DNA of 64,000 bases from Isosphaeraceae bacterium (GCA_965201075.1 CBDAVP010000014.1:248001-312000); one strand, 5' to 3'. Numbered from the stretch's first letter, positions 20,469 to 31,045 are shown. A program made the numbers and translations. The notes: generated from the letters alone by a model not told the origin.

Positions 20469-21347
20469 ATGCCAATCGTGGTGACAACCCCAACCGGTCA
20501 GATCGGTTCCCGGCTCGTCGAGCAGCTCCTCAAGAGGGGCGCCGACGTGGCGGTCCTGGTCCGCGACCCGAACAAGCTCCCCGAGTCGGTCCGCGACCGG
20601 GTCCGCGTCCACCAGGGTTCGCAGGATGACCCGTCCGCCGTCCGCGCCGCCACCCAGGGGGCCGAATCGCTCTTCTGGCTGACCCCGCCCGACCCCGCCG
20701 CGCCCGACCCGGCGGCCCGCTCGGCCCAGTTCCAGGCGGCGGCCGTCTCGGCCATCGAAACCAACGCCATCCCCCGAGTCGTCCACCTCTCCAGCGTCCG
20801 GGCTGACCACGCCACGGGCATGGGTCTCATCAGCATCACCCACCGAGACGAACTTTCCCTGGACGGCACCCCCGCCTCGGTGCTCCACCTCCGCCCGGGC
20901 TTCTTCTTCGAGAACTTCCTCCAGTACCTCGACCCGATCCGCCAGAACGGCATTGTCCCCGTCCCCAGCCCCGGCACGACCCCCGTCCCCATGATCGCCA
21001 CCGCCGACATCGCCGACGCCGCCGCCGAAGCCCTGCTCAACCCCACCTGGTCCGGCCGAACGATCCGGGCTCTCCACGGCCCAACCGACCTGACCTGGCG
21101 CCATGCCGTCGAGATCCTGGGCCAAGCCCTGAACAAACCCTTGCAATACGTCGAACTCACCTCTGACCAGTTCCGCCAGGCCGCCTCCGCCTTCGCCTCG
21201 CCCAACTGGATCGACCTCTACCTGGAGATGGTCCAGGGCTTCAGCACGCCCGGCGCCCTCGCCGAGCCCCGAACCTCCGAAGCCACCACCCCCACGACCC
21301 TCGAAACCTGGGCCCGAAACGTCCTCGCCCCCAAGCTCGCCTCCTGA
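20469..21347 (+). CDS. NmrA-like NAD(P)H-binding protein
   Basis: IVVTTPTGQIGS, VVHLSS, LRPGFFFENF, PMIATADIA. Confidence 0.9.
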   Translation: MPIVVTTPTGQIGSRLVEQLLKRGADVAVLVRDPNKLPESVRDRVRVHQGSQDDPSAVRAATQGAESLFWLTPPDPAAPDPAARSAQFQAAAVSAIETNAIPRVVHLSSVRADHATGMGLISITHRDELSLDGTPASVLHLRPGFFFENFLQYLDPIRQNGIVPVPSPGTTPVPMIATADIADAAAEALLNPTWSGRTIRALHGPTDLTWRHAVEILGQALNKPLQYVELTSDQFRQAASAFASPNWIDLYLEMVQGFSTPGALAEPRTSEATTPTTLETWARNVLAPKLAS

Positions 21348-21365
21348 ACGGAACCCCCCCCGCCA

Positions 21366-21986
21366 TCACTCGCCGCCGCCGTCCTCATCCCAAAGGTCGG
21401 CGGCGGCCAGCAAAGGCGCCACGGCCAGCTCGAACCCCGGCAGCAGCGCCGGCCAATACGTCTCCCCCTCGGCCACGACCAAATCGCCTCCAACCGCCCG
21501 GCAAACCGTCAAGATCCGGCGGAACCGCTCGACGATCCAGTATTCCACGACACCCACGGCCAGGTACTCGGAGCGCTTCTCGACGTAATCCCGATGCCGG
21601 TCTCGCCGAGAACCGGAGTCGAACTCCACGGCGATCGTCGGGACATCCACCTTCAACCGGGGCAACCGTCCCAACCCCGCCCAGATCAGCCGATCCGCCC
21701 GCCGCCGACCGTCCGGGACGCGGACGTACTGCCCCGGCAACGTGGAATCGAGCGCCGAGTCCCGGGAATGCTGTTCGCCATGGTTCAAGAGCCAGTGCCC
21801 AAGAAGCTGATTGGGCCCGCTCTCCTGGGGAAGAGGCAAGGGCGTGACGACGAGCACTTCGCGAATCAGCTCATAACGATACTCATCGTCATAATCCTCG
21901 ACGGCGTCGAACTCCTCGGGGGTCATCAAGATCCCGGCCGAACCGGGCCCGAGGGTTATGGTCGCCGCTCCCGGTACGAAATTCAC
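21366..21986 (-). CDS. Uma2 family endonuclease-like protein
   Basis: MTPEEFD...RYELIREVLVV...RRADRLIW...PTIAVEF...KRSEY...GVVEYWIV. GTG 21986 overlaps the DUF4058 stop. Confidence 0.88.
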   Translation of the reverse strand: MNFVPGAATITLGPGSAGILMTPEEFDAVEDYDDEYRYELIREVLVVTPLPLPQESGPNQLLGHWLLNHGEQHSRDSALDSTLPGQYVRVPDGRRRADRLIWAGLGRLPRLKVDVPTIAVEFDSGSRRDRHRDYVEKRSEYLAVGVVEYWIVERFRRILTVCRAVGGDLVVAEGETYWPALLPGFELAVAPLLAAADLWDEDGGGE

Positions 21987-22804
21987 GGCGAGGGCTCCGC
22001 TCGAGCCGGCCGCAACCCCCGCTCTCGCAACAACGCATCCGCCCACGAGGCATCGTCGGGGGCCAGCGGCGGGACCGGCTCGGCCCGATAATCCAGATCC
22101 TCGCCGTAAGCCCCGCTCCGATAACACCGATCGACCAACTCCTGAAGGTCCAACGCCACGTCGGGATCGCCGGGACGCAGGGGGATGGGGATCACCGGCA
22201 ATCGCTTCCGCAACGGAGCCCGAAAGTAATCAAAAGCCCCATCCGCCCGGCGGACCCACGTCGCGTATGCGGTCCGATGAGACGGAGGAATCGACTCCTC
22301 CGCCACCGCCAGGACACGCGAACCCCCGCGCAACAGGTCAATCTCCACCGAATGAACACCCCTCTCGGCCAACTCCCGCTGCTTGCGAAGGGACAGGTCC
22401 CGTCCAAGTCCAGGCGTTTTGTTCGAGGGACTGAGGATCTCCAGGGACGTCACCACCCGCCGGCCGGAGTTCCCGTCGAGGATCTCCAGATAAGTCTGCG
22501 TCTCGGGCTCGTCGCCGATCAGGAATCGCAACGGCTCGGCCAGGGCGACGCCAATCCCCTCCACGTTCGGGGCAAGCTTCCTACGAGGACGGTCCAGGGG
22601 AGGCCCGGAGACGAACAGGTCGGGGCGGATGGAGCGTGGCGGAGCCTCGGCGGAATCCACCACCAATCGCGCCTCGGCCCGGACGCGCAACCCTTTGGGG
22701 AGTCGATCTTGCAACTGCTCGCTGGCATAAACAATCAGCCGGGCATGCACGTCGCCCCACGACGCTTCCAGGTACGGGTCCATGCCGGGAAATGGGCTTG
22801 TCAC
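21983..22804 (-). CDS. DUF4058 family protein
   Basis: SPFPGMDPYLE..W.DVH, IRPD, YLEILD...VTSLEILSPSNK, VEIDLLRGG, LPVIPIPLR. Confidence 0.92.
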   Translation of the reverse strand: MTSPFPGMDPYLEASWGDVHARLIVYASEQLQDRLPKGLRVRAEARLVVDSAEAPPRSIRPDLFVSGPPLDRPRRKLAPNVEGIGVALAEPLRFLIGDEPETQTYLEILDGNSGRRVVTSLEILSPSNKTPGLGRDLSLRKQRELAERGVHSVEIDLLRGGSRVLAVAEESIPPSHRTAYATWVRRADGAFDYFRAPLRKRLPVIPIPLRPGDPDVALDLQELVDRCYRSGAYGEDLDYRAEPVPPLAPDDASWADALLRERGLRPARAEPSP

Positions 22805-22980
22805 GACGAGGGCCTCCACCGGAGGTCAAAATCCACCCGCCCATCATACAACGAAGGGGGGCACGTGGGACGAGCCAAGGCAAAGCGTCCCGACCGACCA
22901 ATGCCCGGGACGGGTTCCACCGACCCGGCCCCAGACCGTATGATACGCCGGTCCGGGACCGTTCACGGAGGACCCCCGCC

Positions 22981-24660
22981 TTGCCCGCAACCCCCACCGC
23001 CACCGAGGCCCCAGGTCCAGCCCGACCATTACCCCCGGTCCTCGGCCGCCTGATGCGTGGCACCTTCTGGCTGGCCCTGCGCACGCCCTTGCAAGCCGCC
23101 TTCGCCCTCTGGAGCGTCCCCCTGACAATGGCGTTTCTGGGCAAGGGGGGGTACGCCGCCTACCTGTTCGCCTGGTCGTTCGGCTTCCTGCAATTCCTGA
23201 TGGAATTCGGCATGAGCTCGGCCCTCCAGCGACGGGTCTCCGAAACCTGGACCAACGGCGACGAGGACGGCCTCCACCGAGCCGTCACCGCCGGCCTCAC
23301 CTGGTACACCGCGATGGCCGCCATCCAGGCCGCCGTCCTGCTGGGCGTGGCCGACTTCAGCGTTGCCCCCGACCCCACCATCGACCCATCCGAGAAGCCT
23401 CTCATCCTCGTCCTCCTGTGCCTCCAGGCCCTCACCGCCCCCTGCTACGGGGTCTCCACGGTCATCAGCAGCGTCCTCCAGGCGGCCCGCCGCTTCGACT
23501 TCATCCCCAAGTTCGAGTTCGCCATCGTCCTGGCCCGCTTCGCCATACTCCTGCTCGGCCTGGCGGCGTTGTCGGGGACGCCCCCCTACGCCCGGCCCAA
23601 CTGGTTCCTCCTGATCGTCGTGGCCCAAACCCTCGTCCAGATCGGCCTATCGCTGGTCCCCGCCGCCTGGGTCATGGTCCGCGACCTCCGCTTCGTCCCC
23701 CGGTTCCGAGGAGCCACCCGCGACGACTACGCTACCCTCATGAAAGTCAGCGTCTTCGTCTTCCTGATCCAACTGAGCGTCGTCCTCTCCACCAGCATCG
23801 ACACCACCGTCCTTTGGTACGCCCTGGGTGGCCACGCCCGAGACCTCGCCGTCGACGCCTACGGAGCCGTCAGCCGCCCCTTCCTCCAGATCCGCCAGAT
23901 CGGCTGGATGCTCGCCTACTTCGTCATGCCGGCCGTCGCCAGCCTCGTCGCCGCCCGGGACGACGCCGCCCTCGAACGCGTCAAATACGACGGCCCCCGC
24001 ATGCACGTCGGAGCCCTGCTCCCCATCGGCCTGCTCTCCTGGATCTACGCCGCCCCCTTCCTCGACCTCTGGGTCGGCCGCCAGTTCAACGAGCCCGGCG
24101 AGCTCACCCAACTCGCCGAACTCCTCCGCCTCTTCCTGATCGCGGCCATCCCCCTGGCCGCCGCCGTCCACGTCCAGATGGCCATCGGCATGGGACGCAT
24201 CGGACCCATCGCCATCGCGGCCCTGGCCGGAGCCATCATCAACCTGCCGATCAGCTACTTCCTGACCCGCCGCATCGGAGTCGCCGGAGTGGTCTGGGGA
24301 ACGGTCCTGACCACCGTCCTGGCCAACGGCCTCATCCCCTGGCTCTACACCGCGAAAGTCCTCGCCATCCGTCCCACCACCCTCCTGAAACGAACCCTCG
24401 CCCCGCCCCTGCTCGGCGGCCTGGCCTTGATCGCCGCCACCTTCGCCCTCAGACTGGCCTGGCCCACCCCAATCGGAACCGGCACGCTAACCGACCGATC
24501 CATCCGCCTGGTCATCCACCTCACCATCGGCTGCCTCGCCTACGCCGCCGGCTACCTCGCCGCCCCCGCCGGACGGGGTGACGCCCAGGTCCTCCGCGAC
24601 CGCCTCCGCAAACGCACCAACCGCCACGAACAACCGCCAGCCCTGGCCCAGCCGCTTTGA
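22981..24660 (+). CDS. Polysaccharide/lipid flippase (Wzx/MOP superfamily)
   Basis: Probable TTG start after GGAGG. More than 12 hydrophobic helices, FLMEFGMSSALQR, IINLPISYFLTRRIGVAGVVWGT. Confidence 0.82.
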   Translation: MPATPTATEAPGPARPLPPVLGRLMRGTFWLALRTPLQAAFALWSVPLTMAFLGKGGYAAYLFAWSFGFLQFLMEFGMSSALQRRVSETWTNGDEDGLHRAVTAGLTWYTAMAAIQAAVLLGVADFSVAPDPTIDPSEKPLILVLLCLQALTAPCYGVSTVISSVLQAARRFDFIPKFEFAIVLARFAILLLGLAALSGTPPYARPNWFLLIVVAQTLVQIGLSLVPAAWVMVRDLRFVPRFRGATRDDYATLMKVSVFVFLIQLSVVLSTSIDTTVLWYALGGHARDLAVDAYGAVSRPFLQIRQIGWMLAYFVMPAVASLVAARDDAALERVKYDGPRMHVGALLPIGLLSWIYAAPFLDLWVGRQFNEPGELTQLAELLRLFLIAAIPLAAAVHVQMAIGMGRIGPIAIAALAGAIINLPISYFLTRRIGVAGVVWGTVLTTVLANGLIPWLYTAKVLAIRPTTLLKRTLAPPLLGGLALIAATFALRLAWPTPIGTGTLTDRSIRLVIHLTIGCLAYAAGYLAAPAGRGDAQVLRDRLRKRTNRHEQPPALAQPL

Positions 24661-24667
24661 CGATCCC

Positions 24668-25645
24668 TCAAGACCCCTCGTCCGGTATGACCCCCTCCGC
24701 AAGACCCTCCCCCCCCGCCAACGCCTCATTCCCGGCCGGCAGCACATTCCCCAACCGCCCCTGCAACGCCACGGCCAGCCCCACCAACTCCTCAACGTTC
24801 AAAGCCTCGGCGCGAACCTGACCGGTCAACCCCAGCCCTTCCAGCAACGCATCCACCTCCTCCTTCTCCCACCGATCCCGCCAAAGGCTATAAAGCACCC
24901 GCCGCAGGTTCTTGCGTCGATGGAGAAAAATCCGCCGAATCACCGCATGAAACCACGCCACATCCCCCACCGCCGCGCGTTTCCCAGCATCGGGCCGAAT
25001 CCGCACCACCGCCGAATCCACCTTGGGCCTCGGCCAGAACACCTTCGGCGGCAAGCTCCGCAACAACTCCACCTCGGCCAGCGCCTGCATCACCACCGAC
25101 AGCGACGAATAATCCGGAGACTGCGGACTCGCCCGCATCCGCTCGGCCAGTTCCAACTGGATCGTCGCCACCATCAGCTCGGGCCGAAGGTCGGGATGCA
25201 CCAGCAGGTTCGACAGAATCGGCGTGGCGACATGATACGGCAAATTCGCCACCAGCTTGAACCGCCGATCGGGAGCCACCGCCAACCCCGCCCGCACATT
25301 GTCCAGAACCTCGGGATTCAGCGTATTCTTGCCCGCCAACGCATCGGCATGAAGCACCCGCACATTCAGCATCCCACTGGTCGCCTCCCGGGTCAAAGCG
25401 ACCATCCCCGGGTCCAAATCCACCGCGATGACCGCCGAAGCCCGCCCGGCCATCAACGTCGTCAAGGCTCCCGCCCCCGGACCCACCTCCAGCACCACAT
25501 CGGTCGGCTCAAGGTCCGCCGCATCGGCGATCACCTCATGCAAATTCAAATCAATGAGAAAATTCTGACCCAAACGGTGCTGAGGAGCCAGCCCCCGCCG
25601 GGCAAACAGGTTCCGCAAGTACGACTGAGTCTGGCGAGCCGGCAT
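24668..25645 (-). CDS. rsmA: 16S rRNA adenine dimethyltransferase
   Basis: LGQNFLID, VLEVGPGAGALT, VANLPY, FWPRPKVDSAVV, RRKNL. Confidence 0.97.
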   Translation of the reverse strand: MPARQTQSYLRNLFARRGLAPQHRLGQNFLIDLNLHEVIADAADLEPTDVVLEVGPGAGALTTLMAGRASAVIAVDLDPGMVALTREATSGMLNVRVLHADALAGKNTLNPEVLDNVRAGLAVAPDRRFKLVANLPYHVATPILSNLLVHPDLRPELMVATIQLELAERMRASPQSPDYSSLSVVMQALAEVELLRSLPPKVFWPRPKVDSAVVRIRPDAGKRAAVGDVAWFHAVIRRIFLHRRKNLRRVLYSLWRDRWEKEEVDALLEGLGLTGQVRAEALNVEELVGLAVALQGRLGNVLPAGNEALAGGEGLAEGVIPDEGS

Positions 25646-25686
25646 CGAACATCCTAAAGCGTGAAGGTCCACCGATCCCCGTCCGT

Positions 25687-26289
25687 TCAAACCCGAGGCA
25701 ACAACCCAACCAGCAACTTCCGCACATGCTTGGCCAGCATGTCCGTCTCAACATTGACCGAATCTCCCACCCTCAGACCCCCCAACGTGGTCACGGCCAA
25801 CGTATGCGGAATCAACATCAACCCAAACGATGCCAACCCCACCTCGGTCAACGTCAAACTGACCCCATCCACGGCGATCGACCCCTTGGCCACCATCAAA
25901 GGGGTCCACTCCGCATCAACACCAAATCGCAAAAACTCCCAATCCCCCTCAACCCGCCGATCCTCCAAAAACGCCGTCGCATCCACATGCCCCTGAACAA
26001 AATGCCCCCCCAACCGATCCCCGGCCCGCAGCGACCGCTCCAAATTGACCCGACCCCCCGCCACCAGACCACCCAAATTGGTCCGAGCCAGGGTCTCCGG
26101 CCCCGTCTGAAGCTCGAAACCCTCCCCCTCGGCCGCCACCACCGTCAAGCAACAACCATTCACCGCCACGCTTTCCCCCAACGCCAAGGGTTCCACCAGC
26201 CCGGGCCACGAAATCCCCATCCGACGCCCCGGCCCCTCGGCCGCCACTCGCTCGACAATCCCCAGCGCCTCGACCAGTCCGGTGAACAC
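25687..26289 (-). CDS. ribE: Riboflavin synthase alpha chain
   Basis: N-terminal (M)FTGLVE from GTG 26289, SVAVNGCCLTV, VNLERSL, GGHFVQGHVD, KGSIAVDGVSLT. Confidence 0.97.
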   Translation of the reverse strand: MFTGLVEALGIVERVAAEGPGRRMGISWPGLVEPLALGESVAVNGCCLTVVAAEGEGFELQTGPETLARTNLGGLVAGGRVNLERSLRAGDRLGGHFVQGHVDATAFLEDRRVEGDWEFLRFGVDAEWTPLMVAKGSIAVDGVSLTLTEVGLASFGLMLIPHTLAVTTLGGLRVGDSVNVETDMLAKHVRKLLVGLLPRV

Positions 26290-26319
26290 GATCAAACCCC
26301 CGGGCGAACGAAATCCGGA

Positions 26320-27051
26320 TCACGAATCGCTACGCGCCTTCGACGACGTGGGGAGGGAGGGCCACATTCCGGAAGGCGGTGCTCCCTGCTCCCCACCCCG
26401 GGGGACGACCCTCGGCATCAGCAACCGGCCCAGCCAGCTCTGATGGGGCGCCCCCTTGCTCCTGGCGATCGGCACCCGGAGGAACCTCGCCAGGACCTCG
26501 GCCAACGCCTCGGCCTCGGCCTCCGTCCAGATCACGGACAACCTGACCAGGTAGGTCGCACGCCCTTCCAGGCCCAGCAAGATCTCCCGAAGGTGAGGGT
26601 TCTCCTCCTCGTCCTCCAGGACCACCCAAACGCACACGATCGCCCCCAGCGGACAAACCTCTCGCCCCCCGCGTCGAAACCACCCATCGCGTCGGTCGAA
26701 AACCGGCAACGACCGCCCGAACCCTCTCGGGTGGCAGGCCGCCCGCACCATCTCCACCAAGAACGCCGCCCCGAGCGCGACCCAGGGCAGGCTGACCATC
26801 ACCGCGAAGATCCTGAACAAGCCCTGGCCTAGTGATCCTCCATTGCAGTCGGTGTTTCCCACCCGCGCGAACATCGCGGCCAGGAAGAAGACCATCGCCC
26901 ACAGCCCAATAGCCACGAAGAACACCGAGACCGCCAGCACCCGCCAAATCGCCCGCCGCGTCAGGCGGAAACTCAACGTGTCGGCGTCTTCGAGGGGGAT
27001 CAGAGGCCCAAGACTCGGAGGGCCCTCGCCGGTCGGTTCCACGGGCGGCAT
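26320..27051 (-). CDS. Hypothetical membrane protein (two TM helices)
   Basis: ATG 27051, two hydrophobic segments, abuts the ribE/rsmA operon. Confidence 0.6.
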   Translation of the reverse strand: MPPVEPTGEGPPSLGPLIPLEDADTLSFRLTRRAIWRVLAVSVFFVAIGLWAMVFFLAAMFARVGNTDCNGGSLGQGLFRIFAVMVSLPWVALGAAFLVEMVRAACHPRGFGRSLPVFDRRDGWFRRGGREVCPLGAIVCVWVVLEDEEENPHLREILLGLEGRATYLVRLSVIWTEAEAEALAEVLARFLRVPIARSKGAPHQSWLGRLLMPRVVPRGGEQGAPPSGMWPSLPTSSKARSDS

Positions 27052-27140
27052 GACCCCTATGGTAGCAGTACGCCATTTGCAAGGATAGAATCGAAAGCCA
27101 ACCGCCGCGGACCCACCCATCAACACCCAAGGAACCAACC

Positions 27141-28037
27141 ATGACCCCTTCCCTGAACCGCCGAGACTTCCTGGCCCACTCCGCTGCCGCCGGAGTCGCC
27201 CTCGCCGCTTCCGGAACCGTCCTCGGCGCCAACAAGGCCGCCGCCCGCTCGGTCACCGACAAGGTCACCCTCGGCCAGACCGGGATTTCCCTATCGCTAG
27301 TCGGCATGGGCACCGGCTCCGTGGGCTCCGACCAGGCCAGCAACCAGACCCGCCTAGGCGTCAAGGACTTCACCAAGGTCGTCCGCCACGCCCTCGACCG
27401 CGGCGTCTGCTTCTTCGACGTCGCCGACCAGTACGGCTCCCACACCTACCTGCGCGAGGCCCTCAAAGGGGTCGACCGCGACAAGTACGTCATCCAGACC
27501 AAGACCCACTCCACCAACCTCGCCAACTGCAAGAGCCACCTCGAACGCTACCGGATGGAACTCGGCGTCGACAGGATCGACATCGTCCTGCTCCACTGCA
27601 TGACCGAGGCCAACTGGCCCGAAAAGCACACCGGAGCCATGGAATACCTCGACCGCGCCAAGTCCGAGGGCATCATCCGCGCCCACGGAACCAGCTGTCA
27701 CGGCATGCCCCCGCTCCGCACCGCCGCCAAGACCCCGTTCGTCGAGGTCGACCTCGCCCGCATCAACCCCGAAGGCAAGTACATGGACGACGCCAGGCCC
27801 GACGAGGTCGTCTCGGTCCTGGAGGAAATGCACCAGGCCGGCAAGGGCGTCATCGGCATGAAAATCGTCGGCCAGGGCGAAATCAACACCCCCGACCGCA
27901 TCGACGCCTCCCTCCGCTACGTCCTGGGCCTCGGCTCGGTCACCAACTTCATCGTCGGCTTCGAGACCACCAACCAGATCGACGACCTCCTCGACCGAAC
28001 CCAAAAGGTCCTCGACACCCTAGCCGCCAAAGTCTGA
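27141..28037 (+). CDS. Aldo/keto reductase with Tat signal
   Basis: NRRDFL, LGQTGIS.S..GMGT, FFDVADQYGSH, IQTK, IDIVLLHC. Confidence 0.92.
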   Translation: MTPSLNRRDFLAHSAAAGVALAASGTVLGANKAAARSVTDKVTLGQTGISLSLVGMGTGSVGSDQASNQTRLGVKDFTKVVRHALDRGVCFFDVADQYGSHTYLREALKGVDRDKYVIQTKTHSTNLANCKSHLERYRMELGVDRIDIVLLHCMTEANWPEKHTGAMEYLDRAKSEGIIRAHGTSCHGMPPLRTAAKTPFVEVDLARINPEGKYMDDARPDEVVSVLEEMHQAGKGVIGMKIVGQGEINTPDRIDASLRYVLGLGSVTNFIVGFETTNQIDDLLDRTQKVLDTLAAKV

Positions 28038-28060
28038 ACCTCCCAGCGAGTAGCAAAAAG

Positions 28061-28826
28061 CGAAAATCCCTCGTCTCCCCGGTCCTCCGGGGAGACGCCG
28101 CCCCGGCCGCTCCGCGGCCCAACTCCAAAAACATCAGGGCACCCCAAACCACCTGGGCCGAGGAAAAGGGGTCTGGCTCTCGCGTCCAAACCGGTCGGCA
28201 TTCACCCGATCCATCGGCCGCGAGTGCCTGACCCCTTTTCCTCGGCCGGCGTGATCTCCAGCCATCGGCCGCGATCGCCCGCCCCCCTTTCCACCCTGAC
28301 CCCCTCACCACAACCAACCCCGGCAAGCGACGAAAATCCCTCGTCTCCCCGGTCCTCCGGAGGGACGCCGCCCCGGCCGCTCCGCGGCCCAACTCCAAAA
28401 ACATCATGGCACCCCGAACCACCTGGGCCGAGGAAAAGGGGTCTGGCTCTCGCGTCCAAACCGGTCGGCATTCTCCCGATCCATCGGCCGCGAGTGCCTG
28501 ACCCCTTTTCCTCGGCCGGCGTGATCTCCAGCCATCGGCCGCGATCGCCCGCCCCCCTTTCCACCCTGACCCCCTCACCACAACCAACCCCGGCAAGCGA
28601 CGAAAATCCCTCGTCTCCCCGGTCCTCCGGAGGGACGCCGCCCCGGCCGCTCCGCGGCCCAACTCCAAAAACATCAGGGCACCCCGAACCACCTGGGCCG
28701 AGGAAAAGGGGTCTGGCTCTCGCGTCCAAACCGGTCGGCATTCTCCCGATCCATCGGCCGCGAGTGCCTGACCCCTTTTCCTCGGCCGGCGTGATCTCCA
28801 GCCATCGGCCGCGAGGGCCTGACCCC
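28061..28826. repeat. 270-bp tandem repeat (~2.8 copies), each containing a family A palindrome
   Basis: CGAAAATCCCTCG... recurs at 28061, 28331 and 28601. Each unit has GGCCGAGGAAAAGGGGTCTGGCTCTCGCG ... CGCGAGTGCCTGACCCCTTTTCCTCGGCC. Confidence 0.95.
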
Positions 28827-28983
28827 ACGCCGCTCCGCCCAATTCCGCCGACTCCACGGCACCTCAAAACCTCCTGAACAACCCCCCGGCGAGCGACGTA
28901 ACACCAGCCGTCCGGTGGAAGTAAAGGGATACGGACCCAAAACCACCCGTCCCCCATGCCCACCGGGCGGAGCCCCACCCCCC

Positions 28984-29379
28984 ATGAACAACCGCATCCG
29001 CGACTATCTCGACAAGGCTCGTGTCCGCGCCGAGGACTATGTCGGCCACGACGAGCCCCGCAACGAAAAAACCGTCCGCGACGGCTTCCTCCCCAAGGCC
29101 AAGGCGTTTCTCCGCCGCCTACCGATCGCCACCGAGGTCGTCGCCCTCTACTTTTGCCTGCTCGACGCCAAGACGCCCCTCTGGGCCAAGGGGGTCGCCG
29201 CCGCGGCCCTGGCCTACTTCGTCTTGCCCATCGACGCCATCCCTGACTTCCTCCCCCTCGTCGGCCTGACCGACGACCTCAGCGTCCTGACCGGCGCCCT
29301 CGCCACCGTCGGAGCCGTCATCACCGACGAACACCGAGACCGGGCCCGTCAGTGGATGGCCCACGAGCGCCTGGTCTGA
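28984..29379 (+). CDS. YkvA/DUF1232 family protein
   Basis: LYFCLLDAKTPLWAK...ALAYFVLPIDAIPDFLPLVGLTDD. Confidence 0.93.
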   Translation: MNNRIRDYLDKARVRAEDYVGHDEPRNEKTVRDGFLPKAKAFLRRLPIATEVVALYFCLLDAKTPLWAKGVAAAALAYFVLPIDAIPDFLPLVGLTDDLSVLTGALATVGAVITDEHRDRARQWMAHERLV

Positions 29380-29387
29380 CCCATCCA

Positions 29388-30530
29388 TCAATCGCCCTTC
29401 AACAACCCTTCCAGATCCACCCCATCGCCCGACGGACCACCACCGCTGACCGGATTTCGCCGGGCGACCACACCGCCCGGCAGCCGGACGACATACCCTG
29501 AGAATTCCGGCCGAGCCTCGGGAAAATCGCTGCTGACGAACTGAGCCCCGCTGGCCAGCGCCGCGTCTCGCCGACCCCCATCGTCTCGGCGGGCCTCCCT
29601 GGTATCAATGTCGGCCCGCGTCCGAACCAGATACCCCTCTCGCACCAACCGCTCAATCCGCTCCCGATCCGTCAACACATCATTCACCTTCATCCACGCC
29701 GCCGCCGGATGCCCCGGCGCCACCGACACAAACGCCACCCGACCCCGAAGCGCCGGATGCCCCTCCAGGTACAGGTCCCGCACCGGCCCCTCATTATCCA
29801 TCGCGAACATCACCTTCCCTCGCGCCGATTCCAACGTCGGCCACCCCCGAGACTTCAACGCCTCGGGCAGCGTGGCGAACTCCCCGCGCACGTCGTCGGG
29901 AGTCAGCACCCCGTCCGCCCCAAACGCCTCGCCTATCGCCGAGTCAATCCCATCCAGGTCCGCCGCGGTGAACGGCAACGGCCGCGTCGGCAAGGTCGGC
30001 ATCGCCTCGTCCTTCAACTCCAGCAGCACCAAAATCGGCACATGACGACGGTGGGCCGTCGACCACTCGCGAACCTGCCGCAAACCCTCGGCCAGCGTCG
30101 GCACGGTCGACCGATAATCCACGTCCGGGACATGGAACACCTTCGGCCCTGGCGCCTGCAGCACGCCCCCTTCGTTGGGATCCGGGCCGGCATCCCGTCC
30201 ATCCTTCTGCAAGATCGTCCTCGCCAGGGGACGGGCATACCGACCTCCCTCGGGGTCGGTGAACACATCCAGTTCAATCTGGCGAATCCCCAGCCGACCG
30301 AACTGCTCGGCCAGCGGCCGGTGAGAGTAATCCAGCGCCTCGGCCCGAGACTTCCCCGTCGCCCCGATCAGACCCATCACCCCCGGCGCCGGCGCCACAT
30401 GATACGAATTGTGCGACCCGATCACCTGAACCTGGTTGATCCGCAACCCCGCATCCCCCGCGACGGCGGCGTCGGAACGGGCGAATCCCCACGAAACCGT
30501 CACGAGAAAGGCCAAGGTCCGCGCGCTCAT
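29388..30530 (-). CDS. PI-specific phospholipase C-like phosphodiesterase (PI-PLC-C1 type), secreted
   Basis: NQVQVIGSHNSYH, GIRQIELDV, WSTAHRRHVPILVLLELKD, GYLVRTRAD, SGAQFVSSD. Confidence 0.88.
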   Translation of the reverse strand: MSARTLAFLVTVSWGFARSDAAVAGDAGLRINQVQVIGSHNSYHVAPAPGVMGLIGATGKSRAEALDYSHRPLAEQFGRLGIRQIELDVFTDPEGGRYARPLARTILQKDGRDAGPDPNEGGVLQAPGPKVFHVPDVDYRSTVPTLAEGLRQVREWSTAHRRHVPILVLLELKDEAMPTLPTRPLPFTAADLDGIDSAIGEAFGADGVLTPDDVRGEFATLPEALKSRGWPTLESARGKVMFAMDNEGPVRDLYLEGHPALRGRVAFVSVAPGHPAAAWMKVNDVLTDRERIERLVREGYLVRTRADIDTREARRDDGGRRDAALASGAQFVSSDFPEARPEFSGYVVRLPGGVVARRNPVSGGGPSGDGVDLEGLLKGD

Positions 30531-31045
30531 GGCTCACCACTTCCTTTGGAAACGACGGGGGCCGCTGGCTTGAGCTGGATCTCGGGCAAGGTGTTCTCGC
30601 CCGGCTTCACCTCGGCGGTCAGCCCCGACCGCGAAGGATCGGCATACTTCGGATCAATCGACGACGCCGGGGTCACCAATGCCGCCCCCTTCTCCATCAC
30701 GTTCCGCGCTCCCTCACCGCCCGACCGCACCGCCACGATCCCGATCCGGTACGAACCGGCCGGAGCCCCATCCTCCCCCGTGAACGTATGAAGAGCAAAC
30801 GTCCCCTCACCGTCGGTCCGGCCCGTCGGACGAGGAGTCCCGGTCGCCTCGACCGTCGGCTGAAGGACCACCAACGCCCCCACCACCGGCTTCCCCTGCA
30901 TCATCACCCGACCCCGAACCGGATGCGTCGCGACCCGAGGCCCATTCGCCGACCCCTCCCCGCACCCCACCACCATCACCGTGAGTAGCAAAACGGCCGC
31001 CAAGCTCAGCGGCGGCCGTCGCGGTCGAATCCTCACCATCAACAT
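30527..31045 (-). CDS. Carboxypeptidase-regulatory-like lipoprotein (typical DUF1559 partner)
   Basis: Lipobox VVGC, PVRGRV...GKPVVGA, TDGEGTF.L, GAPAGSY, PKYADPSRSGL. Start uncertain. Confidence 0.82.
   Translation of the reverse strand: MLMVRIRPRRPPLSLAAVLLLTVMVVGCGEGSANGPRVATHPVRGRVMMQGKPVVGALVVLQPTVEATGTPRPTGRTDGEGTFALHTFTGEDGAPAGSYRIGIVAVRSGGEGARNVMEKGAALVTPASSIDPKYADPSRSGLTAEVKPGENTLPEIQLKPAAPVVSKGSGEP

Noticed and set aside
13756..22804. Uma2/DUF4058/VapBC genes as a defence island
   Set aside because: These families are highly expanded and scattered in planctomycetes, and here they are interspersed with metabolic genes.
28061..28826. CRISPR array or repeat-protein gene (ORFs 27949-28857, 28202-28978, 28224-28877)
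   Set aside because: Whole 270-bp units are duplicated. The ORFs stay open only because 270 is divisible by 3 and GC is high.
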